In this document: one piece after another, positions 1-8,774 of the stretch | How the letters are laid out: every line of letters begins with the position of its first letter | How positions within the stretch are numbered: position 1 is the first letter of the stretch | DNA from: Hadesarchaea archaeon | Lineage (GTDB): Archaea; Hadarchaeota; Hadarchaeia; Hadarchaeales; Hadarchaeaceae | DNA length: 64,000 nt | Assembly: GCA_030601675.1 (NCBI GenBank) | Contig: JAUWBN010000001.1 | Span: 11,027-75,026 of the forward strand | Reading direction: 5' to 3' | The notes under the pieces: model-generated | The model's database searches: none | The model's input: only the letters and a program-made list of their open reading frames with translations | What the model was told of the DNA's origin: nothing | Made by a program: the position numbers and the translations under genes

Positions 1-711
1 ATAACCGGCTGCACGGTCCATCCAAACGTCCAAAGCGGTCTACACGTCGGAATTTCGGAATTCTACGTGAAGAAAGACGCGAAGCTCACTTTCACAATGA
101 TTCACAACTGGGCTCAAAATTTCCATGTCCGTCCCCGAAGTGCGGCTCTCTTGGAAGACGGCGCGACGTTCGTAAGCAATTACGTTTGCATGAAATCTGT
201 GAAGAGCCTCCAGATGTATCCGGTTGCTTATTGCAAGGGAGCAAACTCGAGGATCAGTTTCAACACTATCCTGCACGGGGCCAAAAATTCGTGTTTAGAT
301 GTTGGCTCGAAAGTGGTTCTTCAAGGCAAGGGGAGCAGAGGGGAGGTCATCACTCGAGCTATCGCCACGGAAAACGCGCAGATAAAGGCCCGCGGGCTCT
401 TGGTCGGGGAGCACGAAGACTCACGAGCGCACCTCGAGTGCAGGGGACTTCTGCTATCCGATGAGGCTTCCATCCACGCGATTCCTGAGCTGGTTGGGAA
501 GGTGGAGGGAACCGAGCTTTCGCATGAAGCTGCGGTCGGCAAGATAGCGGAGGAGCAAATCCAGTATTTGATGGCTAGGGGTTTCTCGGAATCTGAGGCC
601 GAGGCGCTGATCATCCGGGGGTTCATGAATGTTGACATCTTTGGCCTCCCCGATGCTCTAAAAGAAGAGATCAAGAAAATGGTCGACGCATCCATTGCTG
701 GAGCTCTTTAA
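1..711 (+). CDS. FeS cluster assembly protein SufB/SufD family, C-terminal part (5' end lies outside the window)
   Basis: The ORF runs open from base 1 and the upstream in-frame translation has no start. The C-terminal motif IQYLMARGFSESEAEALIIRGF is typical of the SufB/SufD C-terminus. Confidence 0.6.
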   Translation: MTGCTVHPNVQSGLHVGISEFYVKKDAKLTFTMIHNWAQNFHVRPRSAALLEDGATFVSNYVCMKSVKSLQMYPVAYCKGANSRISFNTILHGAKNSCLDVGSKVVLQGKGSRGEVITRAIATENAQIKARGLLVGEHEDSRAHLECRGLLLSDEASIHAIPELVGKVEGTELSHEAAVGKIAEEQIQYLMARGFSESEAEALIIRGFMNVDIFGLPDALKEEIKKMVDASIAGAL

Positions 712-737
712 GACCATTTTTGGTGCCGCGGTGTTAG

Positions 738-811
738 AGCCGGGGGCCGGATTTGAACCGGCAAAAAGCGGATCTGCAGTCCGCCGCCTTTCCAGGTTGG
801 GCCACCCCGGC
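738..811 (-). tRNA. tRNA-Cys (anticodon GCA)
   Basis: Reverse complement folds as a cloverleaf: acceptor GCCGGGG/CCCCGGC, anticodon stem GCGGA/TCCGC, loop CTGCAGA, T-arm GCCGG-TTCAAAT-CCGGC, discriminator U. No CCA is encoded. Confidence 0.8.
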
Positions 812-856
812 ACATCTTTCTTTTATTGAAACATCGATAAAACATCTGTGGTTTAA

Positions 857-1525
857 GTGAAAGGGCGAGTCGTTTGTCTAGTTTCAGGGGGGATCGACTC
901 ACCGGTAGCCTGCGCCTTGGTTGCTCAAAAGTTAGATGTTATACCGCTTTACCTCTGCGTTTACCCCTACACGAGCGAGGAAGCTTTCACGCTCACGATA
1001 AACACCTTGGGGAAACTCAAGAAGGTGACGGGGTTTAAGAAAGCCATCGTCTGCCCATGGAGCAAAATTTTGGACGCGATCACTCACCGACTCAAATACA
1101 GGGAGTACACGTGCCTGATTTGTAGGAGATACATGCTTCAGGCTGCTGAACTCATCTGCGAGCTGGAAGGAGGGAGCGGCATCGTAACGGGTGAGTCGCT
1201 TGGGCAAAAGGCCTCACAGACCCTAAGCAACCTAGCGGCGATTTCAAGGGGGATGGGGGTACCGATCCTGCGCCCGCTACTGGGATTCGACAAGCTCGAA
1301 ATCGAAAGACTCTCGAAGAAGCTTGGGCTCTGGCAAGCGCGCCATGCGGGTGGGTGCAGCGTGTTTCCAAAACGGCCACGAACTAGGGCAAAAGCGAGTG
1401 AAATCGATGAACTCCTCGGACAGCTTGACATTGCTGGGTTAGTGGAAAAATGCGTCAAGGAGCTCGTAGAGGTTCGAACATTTAAGAACCCCCAAGCTCT
1501 CTTTAAAGAGTTCAGGAGCGTTTGA
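857..1525 (+). CDS. ThiI-like PP-loop ATPase (tRNA sulfurtransferase family adenylation domain, no THUMP domain)
   Basis: N-terminal SGGIDSPVA PP-loop motif, as found in ThiI. 222 aa with a GTG start. It lies next to thi4 and tRNA-Cys. Confidence 0.6.
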   Translation: MKGRVVCLVSGGIDSPVACALVAQKLDVIPLYLCVYPYTSEEAFTLTINTLGKLKKVTGFKKAIVCPWSKILDAITHRLKYREYTCLICRRYMLQAAELICELEGGSGIVTGESLGQKASQTLSNLAAISRGMGVPILRPLLGFDKLEIERLSKKLGLWQARHAGGCSVFPKRPRTRAKASEIDELLGQLDIAGLVEKCVKELVEVRTFKNPQALFKEFRSV

Positions 1526-2327
1526 GAACTTCTAGCGCCACTTCCGCAGCTCGTCTTCCCGAGAGTAGCATTCCCCCAAAAATTGGGCCCATGCGCGGTG
1601 AACCAAAGACCGTGTTTGCCGCCATGCCGGTCACGATTAGGCCCGGGTAGATTTCACGCGTGTTGTTCAAAATCTCGGTTTCTCCGACCTCTGCCCACAT
1701 CGGTTTTTCACCCACCACGCCGCCCGTGCTCGTCGGAAACTTGGCGTTGGGCACCTTTCGCTGTACGACGCGTGCTATCGCCGCATCGTGCCCCGTAGCA
1801 TCGATAACGATTTTCGCACTTATCCCAACGGGGTCAACGTGCAGGCCTGCCAGCTCAACAGCTTTCCAATTGACTACAACGCCTGACACACGATCCTCCT
1901 TACGTATCATCACGTCTTCCACCGTGAGCCCAATCATCACGCGTGCCCCAGCATCGGTGGCGGCGGCGGTACACTTGGACACCGCCTCAACCGAATCGGC
2001 CGTGTAATAGCCGGCCTCCGTAGGCTCGAGCTTGACCCCGACCTCTTCCAGCATCCCCTTCGCGGCTTCCTGGATTACCACGCGGGGAAAGAGGATGCCT
2101 CCCCCCCACATGCCGCCGCCAACGTGGAGATTTCGCTCAAATACCGCGACCTTAGCACCCCCCTTTGCCAAGTAGCGGGCAGCGGTTATACCCGAGGCTC
2201 CAGCTCCGGCAATCGCGACATCTAGCTCCGTAACGTCCGCAAAATCGCGCATGAATCGTTTTAGGATGGCAGCCGTGATCTTCGTGTCCTCGATCCCGCC
2301 CATATCTGCACCCCAAATCATTCTCAC
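1512..2327 (-). CDS. thi4: Thiamine thiazole synthase Thi4 (archaeal type)
   Basis: FAD-binding GAGASG motif, a VGGGMWGGG stretch, and Thi4-like length and overall pattern. Confidence 0.85.
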   Translation of the reverse strand: MRMIWGADMGGIEDTKITAAILKRFMRDFADVTELDVAIAGAGASGITAARYLAKGGAKVAVFERNLHVGGGMWGGGILFPRVVIQEAAKGMLEEVGVKLEPTEAGYYTADSVEAVSKCTAAATDAGARVMIGLTVEDVMIRKEDRVSGVVVNWKAVELAGLHVDPVGISAKIVIDATGHDAAIARVVQRKVPNAKFPTSTGGVVGEKPMWAEVGETEILNNTREIYPGLIVTGMAANTVFGSPRMGPIFGGMLLSGRRAAEVALEVLKRS

Positions 2328-2353
2328 GCAGGCTTATAAACCCCAAATGAGTG

Positions 2354-3148
2354 TTAGGGAAGGTTAGCTCCCCCAGCACGATAGCCCCGGGGGTCAACTT
2401 CCACGAATTCGTAACCAAAACCCTTTAATGCCTCCACGATTTCATTTTCGAGCTCCCGGGCGCGGGGCAGTTCCTCCTTGCCCACCTCAACCCTCGCTAA
2501 CTCGCCGTGATCGCGGACTCGTACGACGCTGAACCCCAGCGAGCGGATGAATTCTTCGCCCCTTGCGATGCGCTCGAGCTTCTTGGGAGATATCTCCTGC
2601 CCGAACGGCACCCTCGAAGCGAGACATGGGTTGGCCGGTTTATCGGCATTTGGCAGGCCATAATTTACCGCCAACTCACGGACCTCTTCCTTCGTCAGAC
2701 CTGCCTCCGCAAGCGGGCTCACCACCCCAAACTCGCGGAGGGCGCGGATGCCCGGCCTGTAATCGGAGAAATCGTCGAAATTAGTCCCATCAAAAATTTT
2801 CTCGAAACCGAACTCCCTGCGGACTCCATCCAATCTTCGGAGCAACTCACATTTACAGTAGTAGCATCGCTCTGGCGGGTTTGCGGCGAAGTTTGGGTCC
2901 TCGAGTTCATTCGTGACGATGGTAATGTGCTTGATGCCGGTGTGCTCGGCAGCTTTCTTGGCCCACTCAACCTCCCCGGGTGGGTATGTCTGGGAGATAG
3001 CGGTGACCGCAACGGCTCGCTCGCCCAACACTTCGTGGGCAACCGCGCAGACGAGCGAGGAGTCGACCCCGCCCGAAAAGGCGATGACCGCGCTCTCGCA
3101 GCCTCGGATAATCGATTTGAGATGCTGGAGTTTCTCGTCGAGTGACAT
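2354..3148 (-). CDS. LarE-like PP-loop ATP pyrophosphatase (TIGR00268-type sacrificial sulfur transferase family)
   Basis: SGGVDSS PP-loop motif followed by a C-terminal domain with a conserved Cys region (CYYCK). 264 aa. Confidence 0.65.
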   Translation of the reverse strand: MSLDEKLQHLKSIIRGCESAVIAFSGGVDSSLVCAVAHEVLGERAVAVTAISQTYPPGEVEWAKKAAEHTGIKHITIVTNELEDPNFAANPPERCYYCKCELLRRLDGVRREFGFEKIFDGTNFDDFSDYRPGIRALREFGVVSPLAEAGLTKEEVRELAVNYGLPNADKPANPCLASRVPFGQEISPKKLERIARGEEFIRSLGFSVVRVRDHGELARVEVGKEELPRARELENEIVEALKGFGYEFVEVDPRGYRAGGANLP

Positions 3149-3163
3149 AGCTTGTTACCTTGG

Positions 3164-3241
3164 TGGTGGGCCCGCGGGGATTCGAACCCCGGACCTCCCG
3201 GTTATCAGCCGAGCGCTCCAGCCAAGCTGAGCTACGGGCCC
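3164..3241 (-). tRNA. tRNA-Ile (anticodon GAU), CCA encoded
   Basis: Reverse complement is GGGCCCG...CGGGCCC-A-CCA. D-stem GCTC/GAGC, anticodon stem CTCGG/CCGGG with loop CTGATAA, T-arm CGGGG-TTCGAAT-CCCCG. A second CCA follows the first in the genome. Confidence 0.8.
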
Positions 3242-3333
3242 CATTAAGGACTTGGCCGCGTTGCTTAAATTTCTTCTGAGAAAATTAAGAAAGCTATCGC
3301 TAACCAACAAGAACAGCCCCAGAACCTGTCCAT

Positions 3334-3522
3334 CTAATATCGCGGTGGACCTCTTCTCTCCGATCGGTGCTTCTGGAAGCAATCCCTGCAATAAACAGGT
3401 CTGCCCTCGGTCGGCTTGAAGGGAACCTCGCACTCCTTGCCACAGTCGGAGCATGTCACCTTGAACATCTCGCGAGGACCGAAGTCTCTTCTGCCGCCGC
3501 CGAATCTTCCGCCGTATGCCAT
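3334..3522 (-). CDS. Small zinc-ribbon protein with an Arg/Gly-rich N-terminus
   Basis: CSDCGK...(17)...CRDC four-cysteine ribbon. Start placed at MAYGG, with GGAG about 12 nt upstream. Confidence 0.45.
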   Translation of the reverse strand: MAYGGRFGGGRRDFGPREMFKVTCSDCGKECEVPFKPTEGRPVYCRDCFQKHRSERRGPPRY

Positions 3523-3753
3523 TTTTCTAACACTCCTTTTTTTCTCGGACACAACCCGAAGAAACGTCCTGAACTGTTTCTCTGACAAGCTTTTCCTTAG
3601 AAAAGCCCGTTGTGTCCTTATTTCAGTGAGTGGGGCGATTTAAATATTGCACGGTTTAGCGGATTTACTCGGCTTCTCTTGTTCTTCGTGTTGGGGCTCA
3701 AGTTGTTCAAGTGGGAAGAGTAGTTTTAAGCTCGACGCCGAAAAATAACTTGG

Positions 3754-3828
3754 GGGCCGGTGGCGAAGTGGTATCGCGCTCGCTTCGCAAGCGAGAGGGC
3801 GCGGGTTCGAGTCCCGCCCGGTCCACCA
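3754..3828 (+). tRNA. tRNA-Ala (anticodon CGC), CCA encoded
   Basis: Acceptor GGGCCGG/CCGGTCC carries the G3:U70 Ala identity pair. Anticodon stem CTCGC/GCGAG with loop TTCGCAA, T-arm GCGGG-TTCGAGT-CCCGC. Confidence 0.8.
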
Positions 3829-3847
3829 CTCAAAAAGGAGGCTGGAA

Positions 3848-4075
3848 ATGCAAGCAATCGTGTACATCCGTACTGACCCGGGAAAGGCACTGGCACTCTT
3901 GGATGAGGTCAAAAAGCTCCCAGGAGTCAAATTTGCCGCTGCGACCGCGGGAAGATTCGATATCGTGGCGCGAATCGAGGCCGCAGACCTGAAGGCGCTT
4001 GGTGATGCCGTCGTGAGCAAGATCCAAGGTATCTCTGGGATCAGGTACACGGAGACCTCGCTTATCGTCGCTTAA
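3848..4075 (+). CDS. Lrp/AsnC-type ligand-binding (RAM) domain protein, stand-alone
   Basis: 75 aa with a RAM-domain pattern (IVYIRTDPGK...FDIVARIEA). AAAGGAGG sits 8 nt upstream of the ATG. Confidence 0.65.
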   Translation: MQAIVYIRTDPGKALALLDEVKKLPGVKFAAATAGRFDIVARIEAADLKALGDAVVSKIQGISGIRYTETSLIVA

Positions 4076-4216
4076 GCGAGTTTTATGAAGGGCAAGGGTC
4101 AAGGCTCGGGGGGTCAGCTTGGCGGCCCTAACTCAAAAAACTAGATCGGTCCCGCCAGGAGCACGCTAAAAAGTTAACCCTACTTTGTTTGGACAGGTTT
4201 ATTTTTCCCACCGCAA

Positions 4217-5086
4217 ATGAAAATTGGCGATCCTGTGGTCGAACTCGTATTTCTGGGGTGCGGTGGGGGACGCTACCAGACCGTCGACCAGCACTTCAAG
4301 ACCGGGGGCTTCCGCTTGCACGCGGGGGCCAAAATACACGTTGACCCCGGGCCCGGAGCTCTCTTGCTTTCCCACCAGCACAATCTAGACCCGCTCGCCC
4401 TTGACTGCGTCGTGGCCACCCACTGCCATCCCGACCACTACTGTGACGCCGAAGTGCTGATTGAAGCCATGACTCAACACATGACCCGCAAGCGAGGCGT
4501 CCTTATAGGGAGCGAAAGCGTCCTCAAAGGTGCGGGAAAATTTGGCCCCGCGATCTCTCGCTTTCACCAGGGGAGGCCGGAGAAGGTCGTCCGTCTTCGA
4601 GCTGGCGAAAGTTATGAGCTCGGTGACCTAAAGCTCGAGGCGACACCGACCCAACATGGCGACCCCACGGCGTTTGGGCTGAAGATTCACTCGCAAGAGG
4701 GCACCATAGGCTACACCAACGATACGCAGTACTTTGATGAACTCGCTAAGCACTTCAAGGGCAGCCGGGTTCTAATAGCGAATGTCACGCGCCCGCTGGC
4801 GATGCGAATCCCGTGGCACCTCTGCTCCGACGACCTCATCGCACTCCTGAAGCAGGTAAAACCAGAACTCGCGGTGATGGTCCACATGGGTATGCTTTTC
4901 TTAAAACATCCACCCGAGAAGGAGGCGACGCGGATTAATGCTGCAACCGATGTAAAAACGGTGCCGGGCTACGCCGGACTACGTGTTGACCTTGACAAAG
5001 AAGTGAAATTCAAGCGCCCTGCCAAGCAGCCTAGTTTGGAAGCTTTTGTGCAATTGCCTCCAGAGCGCATCGTTGGGGCGGAATAG
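4217..5086 (+). CDS. Metallo-beta-lactamase fold hydrolase
   Basis: HxHxDH motif (ATHCHPDHY) with downstream conserved His and Asp residues. Confidence 0.7.
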   Translation: MKIGDPVVELVFLGCGGGRYQTVDQHFKTGGFRLHAGAKIHVDPGPGALLLSHQHNLDPLALDCVVATHCHPDHYCDAEVLIEAMTQHMTRKRGVLIGSESVLKGAGKFGPAISRFHQGRPEKVVRLRAGESYELGDLKLEATPTQHGDPTAFGLKIHSQEGTIGYTNDTQYFDELAKHFKGSRVLIANVTRPLAMRIPWHLCSDDLIALLKQVKPELAVMVHMGMLFLKHPPEKEATRINAATDVKTVPGYAGLRVDLDKEVKFKRPAKQPSLEAFVQLPPERIVGAE

Positions 5087-5117
5087 CCGAATTGCTTTAT
5101 ATCGTTCGACTTAGATT

Positions 5118-7832
5118 TTGATGAGGCTGTCGAGAAAAGCCAAAGGAGAGTATCAAGTGGAAGTGTCAAAGGACTACGACCCGCTCAAAATCGAACCTAG
5201 GTGGCAGAAGCGATGGGAAGAGTTAAGCGTCTATCGTTTTGATCGTAAGGATAAAACAAAACCAACCTATGTTATCGACACCCCTCCGCCGTACCCCAGC
5301 GGAGAGTTCCACATGGGCACCGCCCTGAACTGGACCTATTTCGATATCGTCGCCCGCTACAAGCGAATGCGCGGCTTCAACGTGCTCTTCCCGCAGGGCT
5401 GGGACTGTCACGGTTTGCCGACCGAGGTTCAAGTCGAAAAGCGCTACGGAATCCGCAAGGGCGATCTCCCGCCCGAAAAATTCCGCGAACGCTGCATCAA
5501 GCTGACCGAGGAGAACATCGCCCACATGCGGGAGGAGATGGACTCGCTTGGCTTTTCAATCGACTGGTCCACCGAGTACCGGACGATGGACCCAGATTAC
5601 TACAGGCGAACCCAGCTATCCTTCGTGCAACTCTACAAGCGTGGTTTGATCTATCGGGGTGAGCACCCTGTCAACTGGTGCCCGCGATGCGAAACCGCGA
5701 TCGCCGATGCCGAAGTCGAATACGAAGATCGGGAGGCGACGATAAGCTACATCAAGTTCAAGCTCCACGACGAGGACGGGTACCTTACCATCGCCACCAC
5801 CCGACCCGAGTATCTCCCCGCATGCGTGGTCGTGGCGGTTTACCCCGGGGACAAGCGCTACAAGAAGCATGTTGGAAAAAAGCTCGAGGTGCCCCCGCTC
5901 GGCCAAGTCGTCGGGCTCATCGAGGATCACGAGGTCGACCCCGAGTTCGGCACGGGAGTGGTGATGGTCTGCACCTTCGGCGATAAAACCGATGTGCGCT
6001 GGGTGAAGCGCCACAAGCTTCCCGTGGTCAAGCTCATCGATGAAAAAGGGAACATGAGCGAGGCGGCCGGCAAATACGCTGGGCTGACGCTCGAGGAATG
6101 CAAGCGCGCGATCGTCGGTGACCTCCGCAAGGCAGGCCTGCTCGCGAAGCAGGAGAAGCTGGCTCAAAGCGTCGGGGCGTGCTGGCGATGTGAGACTCCC
6201 GTCGAGATCCTGACGAAGCCGCAGTGGTTCATGCGCGTGCTAGATTTGAAGGACAAGGTGATCGAGGGCGCAAAGCGGGTTCGTTGGGTTCCCGAGCACA
6301 TGCGGCAGAGGTTGATCGACTGGGCCGAATCGATGGACTGGGACTGGGTGATCTCGAGGCAACGTATCTTCGCGACCCCGATTCCGGCTTGGTACTGCAC
6401 GGGCTGCAGGGAGCCTGTCGTCGCCGAGGAGAGACAGCTGCCCGTGAGCCCCGCTAAGGATAAACCACCTGTCAAGCGATGCCCGAAGTGCGGCGGCGAA
6501 AGCTTCGAACCCGAGCGAGATGTGCTCGACACCTGGATGGATAGCTCGATAACGATCGCTGTCCACGCCGGCTGGCCCGAGCTCGATCGACGCCTTTTCC
6601 CAGCGGACCTCCAGCCCAATGGGACCGACATCATCCGCACATGGGACTACTACCTGCTAGTTCGACACCTAGCGCTGCTGGGCGAGGTCCCCTATCGCAC
6701 GGTGCTCGTCAACGGCATGGTCTTTGGTGAGGACGGGCGAAAAATGTCGAAGTCGCTCGGCAACTATGTCGACACGACCATGGCGCGGGGTAAGTACGGT
6801 ACCGATGCCCTCCGTCAGTGGGCGGCGATAGGTGCCTCCACGGGTTCTGACATCCCCTTCAACTGGAAGGACGTCGACTTCGGCCACCGGTTCATGCGCA
6901 AGTTCTGGAACGCCGCGCGTTTCGCCGGACCCCACCTGAACGCGAAAATTGCGGGGCTCGGCCCGAAGAAGCTCAAGTTCAGGCCCGTCGACCGCTGGAT
7001 CCTGAGCCGCCTCAACCGCCTCATCGAGCAGACCACGGGCTGGCTCGAGGACTTCCAATTCAACCGCGCGCTGGGTGCAATCCAGACCTTCGTGTGGCAC
7101 GAGCTCTGCGACATGTACATCGAGGAAGTCAAGCACCGCCTCTACGGCGACGATCCAACCGCCGACGCCGCACGCTACGCGCTTTACCACGTTATGCTGA
7201 CCGCCGCCAAATTGCTCGCCCCCTTCACGCCGCACTTCTCCGAGGAGATTTACCAGACCCACTTCGCCAGGGATTTCCCCTACCCAAGCGTTCACGTCTC
7301 AAGCTGGCCCGAGGTAAACAAGAAGTTTATAGATGAATCAGCCGAGCGATCCGGTGAACTCACGAACCTGATCGTGGGCGCCCTCCGGCAGTTCAAGTCC
7401 GAGCGCAAGATGGCGCTGAGTAGGGAGCTCCCATCGGTCGAGATCTATGCTTCTAGTAGGGATGTGGCAAAGCGGCTCAAGGAGGTGGGGGACGACATCG
7501 CCGGCACCATGCGCGTGGGCAAGCTCAAGATCAAAGTCGGCAAGCCGAAGCTGGCCGAACGCGTGCTCGCGATCGAACCCGAACTGGCAAAGCTGGGGCC
7601 GCGCCTACGCGCAGACGTGAAGCTAATCGTGCAAGCCTTGCGCAAGGCGAAACCAGAGGATCTCGCGAAGCGGCTGGCCAAGGGGAAAATCAAGCTCCGC
7701 GCGGGTGGAAAGCGATTCGAACTCACACCCGAAGATGTGAGGGTGATAAAAGAAACCGCGAGCGCCGAGCGTAAAGTCGGAGTCATCGACATCCAAGAGC
7801 CCGCTCTAACCATTCTGATCGTGTCTTCGTGA
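5118..7832 (+). CDS. valS: Valine--tRNA ligase (archaeal type)
   Basis: The YDPLKIEPRWQKRW N-terminus, IDTPPPYPSGE-HMG, ARYKRMRGFNVLFPQGWDCHGLPTE and KMSKSLGN motifs match archaeal ValRS. 904 aa. The HIGH motif reads HMGT. Confidence 0.7.
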   Translation: MMRLSRKAKGEYQVEVSKDYDPLKIEPRWQKRWEELSVYRFDRKDKTKPTYVIDTPPPYPSGEFHMGTALNWTYFDIVARYKRMRGFNVLFPQGWDCHGLPTEVQVEKRYGIRKGDLPPEKFRERCIKLTEENIAHMREEMDSLGFSIDWSTEYRTMDPDYYRRTQLSFVQLYKRGLIYRGEHPVNWCPRCETAIADAEVEYEDREATISYIKFKLHDEDGYLTIATTRPEYLPACVVVAVYPGDKRYKKHVGKKLEVPPLGQVVGLIEDHEVDPEFGTGVVMVCTFGDKTDVRWVKRHKLPVVKLIDEKGNMSEAAGKYAGLTLEECKRAIVGDLRKAGLLAKQEKLAQSVGACWRCETPVEILTKPQWFMRVLDLKDKVIEGAKRVRWVPEHMRQRLIDWAESMDWDWVISRQRIFATPIPAWYCTGCREPVVAEERQLPVSPAKDKPPVKRCPKCGGESFEPERDVLDTWMDSSITIAVHAGWPELDRRLFPADLQPNGTDIIRTWDYYLLVRHLALLGEVPYRTVLVNGMVFGEDGRKMSKSLGNYVDTTMARGKYGTDALRQWAAIGASTGSDIPFNWKDVDFGHRFMRKFWNAARFAGPHLNAKIAGLGPKKLKFRPVDRWILSRLNRLIEQTTGWLEDFQFNRALGAIQTFVWHELCDMYIEEVKHRLYGDDPTADAARYALYHVMLTAAKLLAPFTPHFSEEIYQTHFARDFPYPSVHVSSWPEVNKKFIDESAERSGELTNLIVGALRQFKSERKMALSRELPSVEIYASSRDVAKRLKEVGDDIAGTMRVGKLKIKVGKPKLAERVLAIEPELAKLGPRLRADVKLIVQALRKAKPEDLAKRLAKGKIKLRAGGKRFELTPEDVRVIKETASAERKVGVIDIQEPALTILIVSS

Positions 7833-7843
7833 GGCGAGCCTAC

Positions 7844-8029
7844 CTATATGTAAGATGAAACTATGATCGACACGAAGAGCGCGATGATGAGTATCATCAT
7901 GATTAACCTACTACGTGCTACGCGCTTCTGTTGTTTCTTGAAGATGTCCTCGCACGAGGGTGAGCAGAAAAATTTATCGGGCTCAATCGCCTTCCCGCAA
8001 ACAATGCAATGTTTATGATCATCGACCAT
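7844..8029 (-). CDS. Small Zn-ribbon plus C-terminal transmembrane protein (DUF2116-like)
   Basis: HCIVCGKAI...FCSPSCE ribbon followed by a hydrophobic tail. Start placed at MVDDH, which avoids overlap with pyrH. Confidence 0.45.
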   Translation of the reverse strand: MVDDHKHCIVCGKAIEPDKFFCSPSCEDIFKKQQKRVARSRLIMMILIIALFVSIIVSSYI

Positions 8030-8033
8030 CTTA

Positions 8034-8720
8034 TCATCCTGGCACAATCGTAGTGCCACTATGCTTCGCTCCCCTTAAAATCTCTTGTAAGCGTTTGATC
8101 TCGTGCCTCCCCAGCACAAGCGTTCGGATACCCGTCCGCTGGATGAGCTTCGCGGCCACGGGGTCGATAACTATGCTGACCCCCGGTTCCATTTTTTTGA
8201 CCGCCACCAACTTCATGAGATTCTGCACGGTCATCGTCTCGAGCTTCTTCGCTCTCGGGTCAAGTTTAGGGTCAGCTGTGTAGACCCCACCCACATCCAT
8301 GAAGAAAACCAAAAGTTCGGACTTGCTCGAGCTGGCCAACATCGCGGCGACCGCATCGGTGGTCTGGCCTGGCATTGTGCCGCCCATCACGGGCACCTTG
8401 CCCTTGAGCATCGCCCTGATAGCCGCTTCAAATGTGGTAAAGGGTTCCCGCTCCGCGAGATCGCCGAGGGCGGCAATCAGCAGGCGGGCGTTCAGGCGCG
8501 TGACATCTATGCCTATGAGGTCGCAGTGGGTGCTTGAGGCCTTCAGTTTTCGTGCCACTTGGATGTACTTGCGCGAGGGCCTTCCCCCGCCAGTGACGAC
8601 GAGGATCTCATGCTTTCGCGACTTTAGCGCACGGAGCGCCTGAGCTATCTCTCGAATGCAGCCCACGTCCGGCTCATCCGGTGCCAAGATCGAGCCGCCA
8701 AAGCAAAGCGTCACTCGCAT
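8034..8720 (-). CDS. pyrH: Uridylate (UMP) kinase
   Basis: Amino-acid-kinase fold with VVTGGG and TTDAVAA motifs. 228 aa, archaeal PyrH-like. Confidence 0.85.
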   Translation of the reverse strand: MRVTLCFGGSILAPDEPDVGCIREIAQALRALKSRKHEILVVTGGGRPSRKYIQVARKLKASSTHCDLIGIDVTRLNARLLIAALGDLAEREPFTTFEAAIRAMLKGKVPVMGGTMPGQTTDAVAAMLASSSKSELLVFFMDVGGVYTADPKLDPRAKKLETMTVQNLMKLVAVKKMEPGVSIVIDPVAAKLIQRTGIRTLVLGRHEIKRLQEILRGAKHSGTTIVPG

Positions 8721-8774
8721 CCCATCGCCAAAATAAGTTCGGCGTCATGTTATTAACTCTCGCGGTCGAAATCT

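Noticed and set aside
3640-4050. 136-aa minus-strand ORF spanning the tRNA-Ala gene and the Lrp-domain gene
   Set aside because: It overlaps a well-folded tRNA and a plus-strand ORF that has a strong SD. It has no start context.
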